From Thiotrichaceae bacterium (GTDB taxonomy: Bacteria; Pseudomonadota; Gammaproteobacteria; SZUA-140), in contig NVTY02000019.1 in the NCBI GenBank assembly GCA_002401765.2, positions 47,845 through 111,844 on the forward strand: a stretch of DNA of 64,000 nucleotides, in the 5' to 3' direction. Both the position numbers and the translations under genes were made by a program. A model generated the notes under the pieces. That model was not told the DNA's origin and ran no database searches. It saw nothing but the letters and a program-made list of their open reading frames with translations. Positions 29,552 to 39,355 of this stretch are shown piece after piece. Each line of letters starts with the position of its first letter. Position 1 is the stretch's first letter.

Positions 29552-31159
29552 TTACATTCTAAAAACACCGTAGTTAGTTTTATTGATGGGGGCATTCATC
29601 GCCGCTGCAATACCGCGCCCTATCAAATCTCGCGTGTCGAGTGGGTCAATGATGCCATCATCCCATAACCGTGCCGTTGCGTGGTAGGGGTGGCTTTGAC
29701 GTTCGAACTGCTCGCGCGTCTCATTTTCGAATGTCTCTTGTTCTTTTGCACTCCACTGTTTTCCAGCGCTTGCCATGCTATCTTTTTTGACTGAACTAAG
29801 TAGATGTGAGGCGGTATCGCTACCCATCACGGCAATACGTGCATTGGGCCACATCCACAATTGCCTTGGGCTATAGGCGCGGCCGCACATGGCGTAGTTG
29901 CCTGCACCGTAAGAACCGCCAATAATCACAGTGAACTTGGGGACCTCGCTACAGGCGACGGCATTCACCATTTTAGCGCCATGTTTTGCGATACCTTCAT
30001 GCTCATATTTTTTTCCGATCATAAACCCGGCAATGTTCTGTAGAAAAAGCAACGGGATACCACGTTGGTTGCAGAGTTCGATAAAGTGGGTGCCTTTCAG
30101 TGCCGCATCAGAAAAGAGGATGCCGTTATTGGCGATAACGCCGACAGGGTAGCCATGGATGTGAGAGAAACCACACACCAGTGTCTGGCCAAAGAGTTTT
30201 TTAAATTCCTGAAATTCCGAGCCATCGACAATGCGTGCGATGACTTCACGGACATCATATTGTTGACGCACGTCGAATGGGATGATGCCGTATAGTTCTT
30301 GGGCAGAGTAGAGCGGAGCAGTGACTGCTTGTCGATTGATGATGCCCTGTTTTTGGTAGTTGAGGTTGGCGATAATATTACGGGTGATTTGCAGCGCGTC
30401 AGCATCATCTTTTGCCATGTGATCTGCGACCCCAGAGATACGACTATGGACCTCTGCTCCGCCCAGTGTTTCAGTATCAACCACCTCTCCAGTGGCAGCC
30501 TTTACCAGTGGTGGGCCACCCAGAAAGATGGTGCCCTGTGATTGTACGATCACACATTCATCTGCCATCGCCGGCACATAGGCACCTCCGGCCGTGCATG
30601 AACCCATCACCACCGCGATCTGTGGAATCCCCTGAGCGGAGAGTCTCGCCTGGTTATAGAAGACGCGGCCAAAGTTATCGCGATCAGGAAAGACCTCGTC
30701 CTGAAGTGGTAAAAAGGCGCCGCCTGAGTCAACCAGATAGATGCATGGGAGGCGATTTTGTTCGGCAATTTCCTGTGCTCTGAGGTGCTTCTTGGCGGTG
30801 ATGGGGTAGTAGGTACCACCCTTTACCGTTGCGTCGTTGGCAATGATGATGGTCTCCTGACCATGCACCACGCCAATGCCGGTAATGATGCCTGCGCTCG
30901 GCACCTGATTGCCATACATGTGATTGGCAGCCAGCGCTGAGAATTCCATGAACGGCTGGCACTCATCAATGAGCATGTTGATGCGGTCTCTTACCAGCAA
31001 TTTTCCGCGTTGTAGGTGTTTGTCACGTGCTTTATTGGAATCGCCAATTTTCACATCACGCAGGCGCTCTTTAAGGTCGTTGACCAGCAGCTGCAAATGG
31101 CCGCTATTGTCAGTGAACGCTTCGCTTTTGGTGTCGATCTTACTTTCTATAGTCGCCAT
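29552..31159 (-). CDS. Methylcrotonoyl-CoA carboxylase beta subunit (carboxyltransferase)
   Basis: 535 aa, colinear with the MCCase/PCCase CT family ([60 protein letters not shown]). Confidence 0.85.
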   Translation of the reverse strand: MATIESKIDTKSEAFTDNSGHLQLLVNDLKERLRDVKIGDSNKARDKHLQRGKLLVRDRINMLIDECQPFMEFSALAANHMYGNQVPSAGIITGIGVVHGQETIIIANDATVKGGTYYPITAKKHLRAQEIAEQNRLPCIYLVDSGGAFLPLQDEVFPDRDNFGRVFYNQARLSAQGIPQIAVVMGSCTAGGAYVPAMADECVIVQSQGTIFLGGPPLVKAATGEVVDTETLGGAEVHSRISGVADHMAKDDADALQITRNIIANLNYQKQGIINRQAVTAPLYSAQELYGIIPFDVRQQYDVREVIARIVDGSEFQEFKKLFGQTLVCGFSHIHGYPVGVIANNGILFSDAALKGTHFIELCNQRGIPLLFLQNIAGFMIGKKYEHEGIAKHGAKMVNAVACSEVPKFTVIIGGSYGAGNYAMCGRAYSPRQLWMWPNARIAVMGSDTASHLLSSVKKDSMASAGKQWSAKEQETFENETREQFERQSHPYHATARLWDDGIIDPLDTRDLIGRGIAAAMNAPINKTNYGVFRM

Positions 31160-31238
31160 CTTTAAATTCCATATGCTGCTTTATGTGGTAGGAATATTCG
31201 CTAATGCCCTTGGCCATGCTGTTATCGGTTTAATGCCG

Positions 31239-32423
31239 TTAGTTTGTGACTTCAATTGCGATCGCTGTTGCTTCACCGCCACCAATACAGAGTGATGCAA
31301 TGCCACGTTGTTGACCACGAGCGCGTAGCGCGTGTAGCAGCGTCACAATAATACGCGTACCGGATGCCCCGATGGGGTGCCCCAGGGCACATGCCCCACC
31401 ATTGACATTGACTTTAGCATGATCAATTTTAAGTTCATGCATCGTTCCCATCGTCACTGCGGCAAAGGCTTCGTTAATCTCGTAAAGATCGACATCGTTG
31501 TCGCGCCAATGACACTTTTGATAGAGCTTAGTCATGGCATGAATCGGGGCCAGGGTAAACTCCTCAGGTGACATGGCATGGCTAGTGTGAGCAACAATGC
31601 GCGCCAGGGGCAAAATGTTGCGTGCTATCGCTTCATCGGCTGACATTAGCACCAGTGCCGCGGCACCATCGGAGATCGAGGATGAATTGGCAGCGGTGAT
31701 CACACCATTTTTTTGAAAGGCAGGCTTCAAACCTGGGATTTTATCGGGTTTACAGCGGGCGGGCGTTTCATCAGTGGTAATTTCCTCTTCACCATGGCGT
31801 GTTTTAATGTTGACTGTGGTGAGCTCGTTAGCAAATGCCCCGTTGCTAACGGCGGCCATCGCACGGTTAACAGACTCCACCGTAAAGGCATCGAGCTGTT
31901 CACGGCTGAAACCAAAGTGTGTTGCGCACTGTTCTGCAAAGACGCCCATGGCCTGGCCATCAGAAGCATTTTGTAGGCCATCGAATAGCATGTGGTCGAG
32001 CAATTCAGTATGGCCAAATCGGGCGCCCTGGCGTGTGTTCAGGGCAAGGTAGGGGGCTCGGCTCATTGACTCCATGCCGCCTGCGACCACAATGTTGGCG
32101 CTGCCAGCGGCAATGGCATCGGCGCCTTGCATTACGCTTTTCATCCCTGAACCACAGACTTTGTTGATGGTGGTGCAGGGGACCGAGATCGACAACCCCG
32201 CGTTAAGCGCTGCTTGGCGAGCGGGTGCCTGGCCTAAGCCGGCAGGTAATGCGCAGCCCATGATTAATTCGTCGACTTCATCAGCTTCAAGCCTGCTATC
32301 AGAAACCGCTGCATTAATGGCGGCAGCACCCAGCTCGTGAGCTAAAGTGCCTGAAAATTGACCGAGAAAGGCGCCAATAGGGGTGCGCCTTGCGGCAATA
32401 ATAACGATTTCTTTGGGCTTCAC
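31239..32423 (-). CDS. Acetyl-CoA C-acetyltransferase (thiolase II)
   Basis: Active-site blocks INKVCGSGMKS, NVNGGACALGHPIGASG and CIGGGEA. GTG start behind an AGGAGG SD. Confidence 0.85.
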   Translation of the reverse strand: MKPKEIVIIAARRTPIGAFLGQFSGTLAHELGAAAINAAVSDSRLEADEVDELIMGCALPAGLGQAPARQAALNAGLSISVPCTTINKVCGSGMKSVMQGADAIAAGSANIVVAGGMESMSRAPYLALNTRQGARFGHTELLDHMLFDGLQNASDGQAMGVFAEQCATHFGFSREQLDAFTVESVNRAMAAVSNGAFANELTTVNIKTRHGEEEITTDETPARCKPDKIPGLKPAFQKNGVITAANSSSISDGAAALVLMSADEAIARNILPLARIVAHTSHAMSPEEFTLAPIHAMTKLYQKCHWRDNDVDLYEINEAFAAVTMGTMHELKIDHAKVNVNGGACALGHPIGASGTRIIVTLLHALRARGQQRGIASLCIGGGEATAIAIEVTN

Positions 32424-32743
32424 AAACGTCCTCCTTATGTGCCATTTTTGCTTCGTATTCTCTCGTTAGCGTTATATAGGCCTTTATGGGCTGCTAACCA
32501 GGCAGTGTTCTCATCACGATTGTGAACGGTCATCTATAATCAATGCTGGTTCTTTTGATAGCATTATGAAATTACTTCATCACCTTAATTATGTTTAATG
32601 CAAATCGAATGCCACTATCTATTACGGCGTGCAATCTCCCCGTTAACTTAGTTAAATGAACGTGTTATTTTGATGAATGTGGGCAGTGTGTGAAGAAATG
32701 GCTGTTACGGGGCTGATGATGTGCCAATAAGCAGGGATTATAA

Positions 32744-34573
32744 ATGTTACGTGATGAAATACCGAATGGTAATAAGAAATCGACTCTGATGCGGTTTCTA
32801 ATGGCCTTGGTGGTCTGTTTTATTGTGGCAGGTGGCGTGTTCTTGGTGGACCGGACTAAGAAGATTGAGCGAGACTGGGATCAATATTCTTCCCACCGGA
32901 GTGGTGAATCTGACTTGATATCGCGACTCTATCGCCATATGGGGTATGGTGGATTTATTCATAATTTTAAGAATTTTGTGATTCGACGGGATGAGCCTTT
33001 GTTGGATGCCATTGAGTTAAATTTGAGTGAGATATTGGTTGATCTTGAAGAGTACGAGGTAAAATATATTACTGCTTATGAAGTGGAGTTCACTGCACTG
33101 GATGGTCGTCATCAAGCACTTGAACTGCGTAAACACATAGGGGTTATTCGCGAGGTCATCGAGCAATATATTCTAAAGCTTGCTATTGCAAAGAAGGGGG
33201 TATCTGAGGGTGTTGATGCCGTCATGCTTGATCGACAGCTTAAGGTGGATGATTCGGCTGCGATAGCCGCACTTGATGCCCTATTTAATCATGTAAAAGA
33301 ACATGCAAAAGATGAAGTCACGTCTATTCGTCACAATACAGATAACACCATTGGTTTGATTGTTCTTATGTTGGTGATTCTGGTTTCTACGGTGGCACTA
33401 CTACTGTACATTGTGACGATGGTGAATCGTCAATACTTGGCCTCTAAAATCGTCGCAGAGGAAAATAAAGATGCACTGAATTACATTCTCAATAGCCTAT
33501 CGGATAGTGTCATCATGGTTGATGAAAAGGCTCAATTAATCTGGGCTAACGAGGCCGTGCGAGAGATGTTTGGCTATGAGCCCAGTGAGCTGGTCGGTGA
33601 AAATATTAATTGTCTTTTGCCTCAAGAGTCACGCGATGGTCATTATGATTTGTTTAAACATTATTTAGAGAAGCCCGTTCCCCTTGAGCTGGGTGTTGGT
33701 AAGGTTTTACGAGCCGTCAAAAAAGGAGGTGAGACATTCCCTGTTGAAATATCCCTGAATACAGTGACGTTAAATAGTCACTTAATGGCGATTGCTGCGA
33801 TTCATGATATTACTGAACGTATTATTCATGAAAATAAAATTGAAGCATTGAATCAATCTTTGATTCGCAATAATCGCGAGTTAAATGAAATTAACAAAGA
33901 GCTGGAGTCTTTTAGTTATTCAGTTTCACATGATTTGCGAGGGCCACTGAGGGCCATCGGTGGATTTAGTTCGTTGCTGACTGAGAAGTACAAAAACTTA
34001 CTGGATGAAGATGCTCAGGATTATCTCGCGCGTATTCGTCGTTCAAGTAAGCGGATGGGCGAATTGATTGATAGTTTGTTAAATCTATCTCGCTATGTTC
34101 GCGAAGGAATTGAGCCCGTTGAGTTTAATTTGGATGAGTTGGCACAATCGATTTTTAACAGGATTAATGATTCAACGGATATTCCCTCGGATACCGAGGT
34201 CGAAATTCAGTCTGAAATGAGCGTCATTGCTGACTACCAATTGATGGACGTGGTGATTTATAATCTAATGAGTAATGCATTTAAATTTACCCGGAAAGTT
34301 AAAAATGCCAGGATTAAAGTGGGTATGACGAGCCCCGAAGGGGGACAGGATCTTTATTTTGTCTCAGACAATGGTGAGGGGTTTGATTTGGCTTATGCTG
34401 ACCGCTTGTTTTTGCCATTTCACCGTCTGCATCATGCGGCGGAATACGAAGGCAGTGGTATTGGTCTGGCAACGGTGCAGCGCATTATTAGGCGACATGG
34501 TGGGCGAGTGTGGGCTGACTCGGCCCCTGGCGTTGGGACAACCTTCTATTTCACGCTCTCAAACCCCCACTGA
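32744..34573 (+). CDS. Membrane sensor histidine kinase (periplasmic/extracytoplasmic sensor, PAS, HisKA, HATPase_c)
   Basis: Two TM segments flank a sensor region carrying a GYGGFIHNFKNFVIRR motif. Then a PAS domain, H-box FSYSVSHDLRGPL, N-box NAFKF and G-box GSGIGL. Confidence 0.85.
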   Translation: MLRDEIPNGNKKSTLMRFLMALVVCFIVAGGVFLVDRTKKIERDWDQYSSHRSGESDLISRLYRHMGYGGFIHNFKNFVIRRDEPLLDAIELNLSEILVDLEEYEVKYITAYEVEFTALDGRHQALELRKHIGVIREVIEQYILKLAIAKKGVSEGVDAVMLDRQLKVDDSAAIAALDALFNHVKEHAKDEVTSIRHNTDNTIGLIVLMLVILVSTVALLLYIVTMVNRQYLASKIVAEENKDALNYILNSLSDSVIMVDEKAQLIWANEAVREMFGYEPSELVGENINCLLPQESRDGHYDLFKHYLEKPVPLELGVGKVLRAVKKGGETFPVEISLNTVTLNSHLMAIAAIHDITERIIHENKIEALNQSLIRNNRELNEINKELESFSYSVSHDLRGPLRAIGGFSSLLTEKYKNLLDEDAQDYLARIRRSSKRMGELIDSLLNLSRYVREGIEPVEFNLDELAQSIFNRINDSTDIPSDTEVEIQSEMSVIADYQLMDVVIYNLMSNAFKFTRKVKNARIKVGMTSPEGGQDLYFVSDNGEGFDLAYADRLFLPFHRLHHAAEYEGSGIGLATVQRIIRRHGGRVWADSAPGVGTTFYFTLSNPH

Positions 34574-34602
34574 CAAGGTGATCAGTGAGGGTGCCCCCCG
34601 AG

Positions 34603-35085
34603 TTAATGATGGCTGGCGGGGATATTGAGTGTTAACCAATATTCAACGGTTTTGCTAATAAGCTCTTTGAATTCATCATAATCAACCGGTTTTCGCAGAT
34701 AGCTATTAATATTGGCATTGTAACAGCGTTTAATATCGCTTGGTTCAAGTGAGGTGGTTAAGACCACTAGCGGCATGCTTCTCAGTCGTTCATTTGCTGC
34801 AATCATCTCGATCACTGAAATACCGTCAATAATGGGTAATTTTAGATCAATCAGGGTGAGTGCCGGCTGAGTGTTATTTTCACCTAATAGATAGTCTAAG
34901 CCTTCTTTACCATTTTTTATCGCAAGGAGATGGGGGGGGGTAGTTATCTCTGATAGCGCCAATTTTGTTAATAAAATGTCATCCTCATTATCTTCGATGA
35001 GCAAGATGGACTTTAGTGGCGGATTAATTTTATTGTCGGCTACCATGATACTACCTATGGTGAAGATAAAGAGCTTTTCATTCAC
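34603..35085 (-). CDS. Single-domain response regulator (receiver only)
   Basis: ILLIEDNEDD acidic pocket, LIDLKLP phospho-acceptor Asp, TTS and KP motifs. No output domain. Start is 35085 or ATG 35046. Confidence 0.8.
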   Translation of the reverse strand: MNEKLFIFTIGSIMVADNKINPPLKSILLIEDNEDDILLTKLALSEITTPPHLLAIKNGKEGLDYLLGENNTQPALTLIDLKLPIIDGISVIEMIAANERLRSMPLVVLTTSLEPSDIKRCYNANINSYLRKPVDYDEFKELISKTVEYWLTLNIPASHH

Positions 35086-35149
35086 CTTGAATGATTTTAA
35101 TATTGATCTTAAATATGAAATTCGACATTAATCTTACACGAATTCGGCA

Positions 35150-36265
35150 ATGATTAGCGAAAACACTGAAGCGGGGCGTATCACAGTGAAAATTAACTTA
35201 TTGCTCATCGAAGACTCTAGTGATGACATGGTGCTCATTACTGAGTATTTGAGATCAGATGGTTTTGATGTTAACTGTAAAATGATCTGTAGCGAAATTG
35301 AGTTGAGGGAGGAGCTTGAGTCTACATCCTGGGATGTCATCGTATGCGACCATTTTATGCCTGGATTTTCCTCCTCAAGAGCGCTTGAAGTGCTGTATGA
35401 GGATGAGCCAGAAATTCCTTTGCTGGTTGTTTCCGGGATGATTGATGAAAAATTTGCGGTGGAGTCGCTTAAAATGGGTGCCTTTGATTATGTGATGAAA
35501 GATAACTTGGCTCGTCTGCCGTCAGCGATCAAAAACGCCATGACAGCATTTGACTTGGTGCGTAAACAGAAAGTGGCGAATGAAGAAATTGCATCATCAC
35601 GCCACCTGCTACGCCGTCTGGCCGCTCACTCACAAAACCTGCGTGAAGAAGAACGTGGTCGTTTTGCACGTGATTTACATGATGATCTTGGCAGTGGCAT
35701 GGCGGCGCTGAAGATGGACCTTAAATGGCTGCTCAAACGTTTGGATGGGCAGGACCCGGAGGCGGATGAAAAATTATCAGGCATGACCCGATTGATTGAT
35801 AGTGCTATTGCTTCGGTGCGTCATGTGATCACTGAAATGCGTCCCAGTATTATTGATGATCTGGGTTTGCTGGCTGCTGTGGAGTGGCAACTGGAAGAGT
35901 TTGGCAAACGCCATGGCATTAAGGTAGCGTTAGACCGGAATTGCGATGAAATTGTTTTTAAGAATAAAGACAAAGACAGTGATATTTCCATCTTCAGGAT
36001 ATTCCAAGAAGCGCTCAATAATATTGCTAAACATGCCGAATCCACCTCTGTATTGGTGACGGTTATCGATGAAGACGATGTCTTGATCATCACGATTTCT
36101 GATGATGGGTGTGGTTTTGATGTGAGTGCGCGGACCAATAATGATTCTTTTGGGATTATTAGTATGAAGGAAAGAGTGCTTGTGATGGCTGGCAATATCG
36201 ATGTGATATCGAATCCCGGTGATGGGGTTGTTGTTAAAATCTCTTTGCCAAGAGGGGTATTGTGA
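35150..36265 (+). CDS. Receiver-modulated histidine kinase (N-terminal REC + HisKA_3 + HATPase_c, NarX/LiaS-type core)
   Basis: REC motifs: LLLIEDSSDD and the Asp in VIVCDHFMPG. HisKA_3 H-box RFARDLHDDLG. ATPase blocks NNIAKHA and DDGCGF. Confidence 0.8.
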   Translation: MISENTEAGRITVKINLLLIEDSSDDMVLITEYLRSDGFDVNCKMICSEIELREELESTSWDVIVCDHFMPGFSSSRALEVLYEDEPEIPLLVVSGMIDEKFAVESLKMGAFDYVMKDNLARLPSAIKNAMTAFDLVRKQKVANEEIASSRHLLRRLAAHSQNLREEERGRFARDLHDDLGSGMAALKMDLKWLLKRLDGQDPEADEKLSGMTRLIDSAIASVRHVITEMRPSIIDDLGLLAAVEWQLEEFGKRHGIKVALDRNCDEIVFKNKDKDSDISIFRIFQEALNNIAKHAESTSVLVTVIDEDDVLIITISDDGCGFDVSARTNNDSFGIISMKERVLVMAGNIDVISNPGDGVVVKISLPRGVL

Positions 36266-36900
36266 TGATGTTGAATAAAATTTTGATAGTAGACGACCAT
36301 GCCATTGTACGTGCTGGGCTGAAGCAAATCCTGAATGAAGGGATGCTAGATGTTACCGTTGATGAGGTTGACTGCGGCATGGGTGCCATCGAGCGACTAA
36401 AGCATGATCAATATGACGTGATCTTACTGGACATTTCATTACCGGACAAAAGTGGTATTGATGTTCTAAAGCGTATTCGTGCAGATGAAAATAAAACACC
36501 GGTGTTGATTCTGAGTATTCATGCTTCAGATCAATATGCATTGAGGGCTTTTCGTTGTGGTGCGAATGGTTATATTAATAAAGAAGCGGTCACCGATGAA
36601 TTACTTAAGGCGGTAAAAAAAGTCTCCAGTGGTGGACGTTATATTTCTGAAAACACAGCGGACATGCTGCTTGATATTTTAGAGGGCGATTCATCGGAGG
36701 CGCCGCATTCGAGGCTTTCGGACCGTGAGTATGAAGTACTCCGCCTCATTGCCTCAGGCGAGTCATTAACCCAAATTGGTGAACGCCTCTCACTGAGCGT
36801 GAAAACCATTAGTACTTATCGGACGCGTATCCTGGCAAAAATGAAGATGAAAGATAATAACGAGTTAACACATTACGCAATTAAGATGGACCTACTTTAA
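36262..36900 (+). CDS. NarL/FixJ (LuxR-type HTH) response regulator
   Basis: REC (ILIVDDH, ILLDISLPD) plus a GerE/LuxR HTH (LSDREYEVLRLIASGESLTQIGERLSLSVKTISTYRTRI). Its start overlaps the stop of the upstream kinase. Confidence 0.85.
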   Translation: MMMLNKILIVDDHAIVRAGLKQILNEGMLDVTVDEVDCGMGAIERLKHDQYDVILLDISLPDKSGIDVLKRIRADENKTPVLILSIHASDQYALRAFRCGANGYINKEAVTDELLKAVKKVSSGGRYISENTADMLLDILEGDSSEAPHSRLSDREYEVLRLIASGESLTQIGERLSLSVKTISTYRTRILAKMKMKDNNELTHYAIKMDLL

Positions 36901-37071
36901 GCGCGCGGGACGAGGCGTCGCATGAAACGGTTGGGCAATGGGTTATGCTGATGGTGTCAGGCAGTCTGAATACGATCCCATATAGCTAAATGGCCGCGAT
37001 AGGGCGGCTGCTTGCCAGGAAGAGTATGGCTCAGGTATGCCGTGCTGTTATGCGCTGAGCACGCAGTAACG

Positions 37072-37815
37072 CTAATAATACTTCTCAATGGTGATATGCC
37101 CAGGCGCACTTCTTCGATGCCGAGTCATGCCTTTTTGTTCCAGCAGTTCACTAGCATCTTTGATCATTCCTGCATTACCGCATAACATCACATGGGAGCA
37201 TTCTGCGTTGATTGATAAGCGGGCCGCGGATTCGAGCTGCCCATTGTTGACCGCATCAGGTATGCGCCCATGGATGGTATTTGAGACTTTTTCCCGACTT
37301 ACAAACGGCACATAATGAAACGCCTCTGGATGATGTTGTGACGTGTCGTTAATTAATTCGCGATAGGTGAGTTCATCCGCGTTGCTAACAGCGTGAACCA
37401 GTACCACCTGTTCAAACTGCTGCCATAGTTTGTCTGTCTTGAGTATCGCAATAAAAGGGCCGATCCCCGTACCCGTAGCGAGCATCCACAGTTCGGGGGC
37501 GGCTGGCAGTTCTTCGAGCACCATAAAGCCGTTGCAGCCATCATAGACCCAAAATTCATCGCCAGCTTCAAGTGAGGCGAGGTGTGGCGTGAGAAGCCCG
37601 TCTTCGACAACATTAAAGTAGATCTCATGGGGTTGCGTATCGGGCGTGTTGATTAGCGAGTAGGGGCGGCCGACACGCTCACCGTCGATGTCCATTCCGC
37701 AGCGCAAAAACTGACCCGCTCTAAAGGGATGGATTTCTGCTTCAAACTGGAGTGACACTAACCGTGCTGTCCAGTGCTGTTTGCCAACTACCTGTGCCTT
37801 AACCCACGTTGCCAT
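37072..37815 (-). CDS. fpr: Ferredoxin--NADP(+) reductase (bacterial Fpr subclass)
   Basis: RPYSL FAD-binding motif, GTGIGPF NADP motif, and C-terminal ...ITIEKYY typical of Fpr. Confidence 0.85.
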   Translation of the reverse strand: MATWVKAQVVGKQHWTARLVSLQFEAEIHPFRAGQFLRCGMDIDGERVGRPYSLINTPDTQPHEIYFNVVEDGLLTPHLASLEAGDEFWVYDGCNGFMVLEELPAAPELWMLATGTGIGPFIAILKTDKLWQQFEQVVLVHAVSNADELTYRELINDTSQHHPEAFHYVPFVSREKVSNTIHGRIPDAVNNGQLESAARLSINAECSHVMLCGNAGMIKDASELLEQKGMTRHRRSAPGHITIEKYY

Positions 37816-37956
37816 GATCTGGATATCCTATGCTGTGCTTGTAGACTCACCTATCCTCCTCAGTATCACACTATTGTCACCACTAGTGTTAGCGCGCTTT
37901 AAAGGTGCTGTGGGGTGAATGGTTTGTGTTTAAGTGATTGTTGGCGTATAACGAGT

Positions 37957-37983
37957 GTGGCACTATATTATAATTAGTGCCAC
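37957..37983. promoter_or_regulatory. Perfect 9-9-9 palindrome upstream of fpr; candidate regulator binding site
   Basis: GTGGCACTA-tattataat-TAGTGCCAC, about 140 nt upstream of the fpr start codon. The AT-only spacer resembles a -10 region. Confidence 0.3.
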
Positions 37984-38257
37984 GATTTATTGATGGGAAT
38001 TCGTAAATCAATGCCAGAACATCTTAATGAAGAGTCGGAGGCGTTATGTGTGGTGATAGCAGGCAAAATAGAAGTAATAAACAAGCAGGGCTGCGTCCAA
38101 TATCGGCGCAGTCAATTTTAAGCCCATGTAAGTGCGACTGTCAGGTGGTTAAGCGCGTATCAAAAGCCGATCGCGAACAGAAGAAAGTACAGGCAAACCA
38201 AATTGACAGCAGCGTTGCTACTGGCGCAATTCCGTCAGTCTGACTAGTTGAATTCAA

Positions 38258-38635
38258 TTAGCCGAGGCGTCCATCGATTCTAGGTCGGATCAGGTAGGGG
38301 GCATAGACTGCGATAAACAGCGCGAAGGCAGCGCTCCATAATACTTGAGCGCTGCCAATCCATAACGCGTGCCATTCAGGCAGTAGCATTGGCATCATCA
38401 CCCGGATGATGCTGCCTGTGAGCAGCAGCGGTAGACATAACTTCAGCACGGCAGGCGGTTGAGTGACTTTTCGCCCGGTATGACCCAGCGTCACACGCGC
38501 CATCATGCCGATGGTCATCATACCAATACCACCATAGGCAAAGGCGTGCAGTGCGAGCTTTGAATCGAAACCGAGGTAATAAGCGGCGGCGGTGATGGCG
38601 AAGCCGACGATGATCCAGCCGTAAGCATGGAACAA
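38258..38635 (-). pseudogene. nnrS remnant: only the C-terminal ~125 codons of an NnrS-family haem/copper membrane protein
   Basis: Four TM segments with an NnrS C-terminal pattern (ALHAFAYGGIGMMTIGMMARVTLGHTGR). Full-length NnrS is roughly three times longer. Homology stops at about 38640, where base composition changes. There is only a TTG pseudo-start. Confidence 0.6.
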
Positions 38636-38896
38636 AGTTCGCGCCTTGCAATATTGTCTCTCACACTCGTTCTACGCCAAGCTACTGGCTGTCAAGCGAG
38701 TGACCTCAAAGCTTTAGGATTGAAGGAGAATAGATTATGATGGGGCTGATGAGGTACCACAGCTGGGGCACTTCACCGTGGTGTCCTTTAGGAATGCTTG
38801 AGCCGTCAAGATGGGAAACTATCACGCTCGGTTCTGAGGGGGGAATGGGGTCGTAAGGCCCCTGACCTACCCGGTCGCTTAAAAAAGGCAATTTAT

Positions 38897-39355
38897 ATGA
38901 TTGACTGTACATTTGAGCTAAACGATAAACCAATGAGCATTTTCATCTGTGGAGCAACATCATTCCCGGCCTTCTCTGGTCTTGATCAACATGTTAATCG
39001 TTGGCTTTCTGCATGTATTCCAGACCAAGGGCCAATCCCCCCTGGCACTTACTATATATTTGATAGGCAATCTGGTGGTTTATTTGGCCCGCTACGCGAT
39101 ATGTTCACTGGCAAAGACCAATGGTTTGCTCTATACGCTATAGATGGAAAAATAGATGATGAAACATACTGTGATAAAGTCAAGCGTGGTAATTTTCGAC
39201 TACATCCCAAAGGAGATCGCGGTATTAGCAAAGGCTGTATCACAATCGACAGTAAGACCGATTATCAATTTTTAAGAGGAATATTGAAAAACGCTAAACA
39301 AGAAGCAGTGCCCGACTCTCAGTTCCTCGCTTATGGGAAAGTTGTGGTCAGATGA
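38897..39355 (+). CDS. DUF2778 / Tlde1-like protein (L,D-transpeptidase-fold toxin domain)
   Basis: FPAFSG...GPIPPGTYYI...NFRLHPKGDRGISKGCITID matches the DUF2778 pattern (a.SG ... GPiP.G.Y.i ... f.lH ... S.GCI). No signal peptide. ATG at 38897. Confidence 0.6.
   Translation: MIDCTFELNDKPMSIFICGATSFPAFSGLDQHVNRWLSACIPDQGPIPPGTYYIFDRQSGGLFGPLRDMFTGKDQWFALYAIDGKIDDETYCDKVKRGNFRLHPKGDRGISKGCITIDSKTDYQFLRGILKNAKQEAVPDSQFLAYGKVVVR

Noticed and set aside
37957-37983. Sigma-54 promoter reading of the TGGCAC motifs
   Set aside because: TGGCAC is not followed by a TTGC-like -12 element at the required 5 nt spacing (the sequence there is TATATTATAA). I kept it only as a generic palindrome.
38046-38243. 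65 aa ORF between fpr and the nnrS remnant
   Set aside because: No ribosome-binding site, an odd composition (Cys/Gln/Ser/Lys-rich) and no motif. It lies in what is probably the old nnrS 3' flank and the fpr promoter region.
38640-38896. Search for an attI site or a further attC at the left edge of the islet
   Set aside because: There is no GTTRRRY core and no convincing imperfect palindrome in this stretch. The left cassette boundary therefore remains undefined, and I do not claim a third site.
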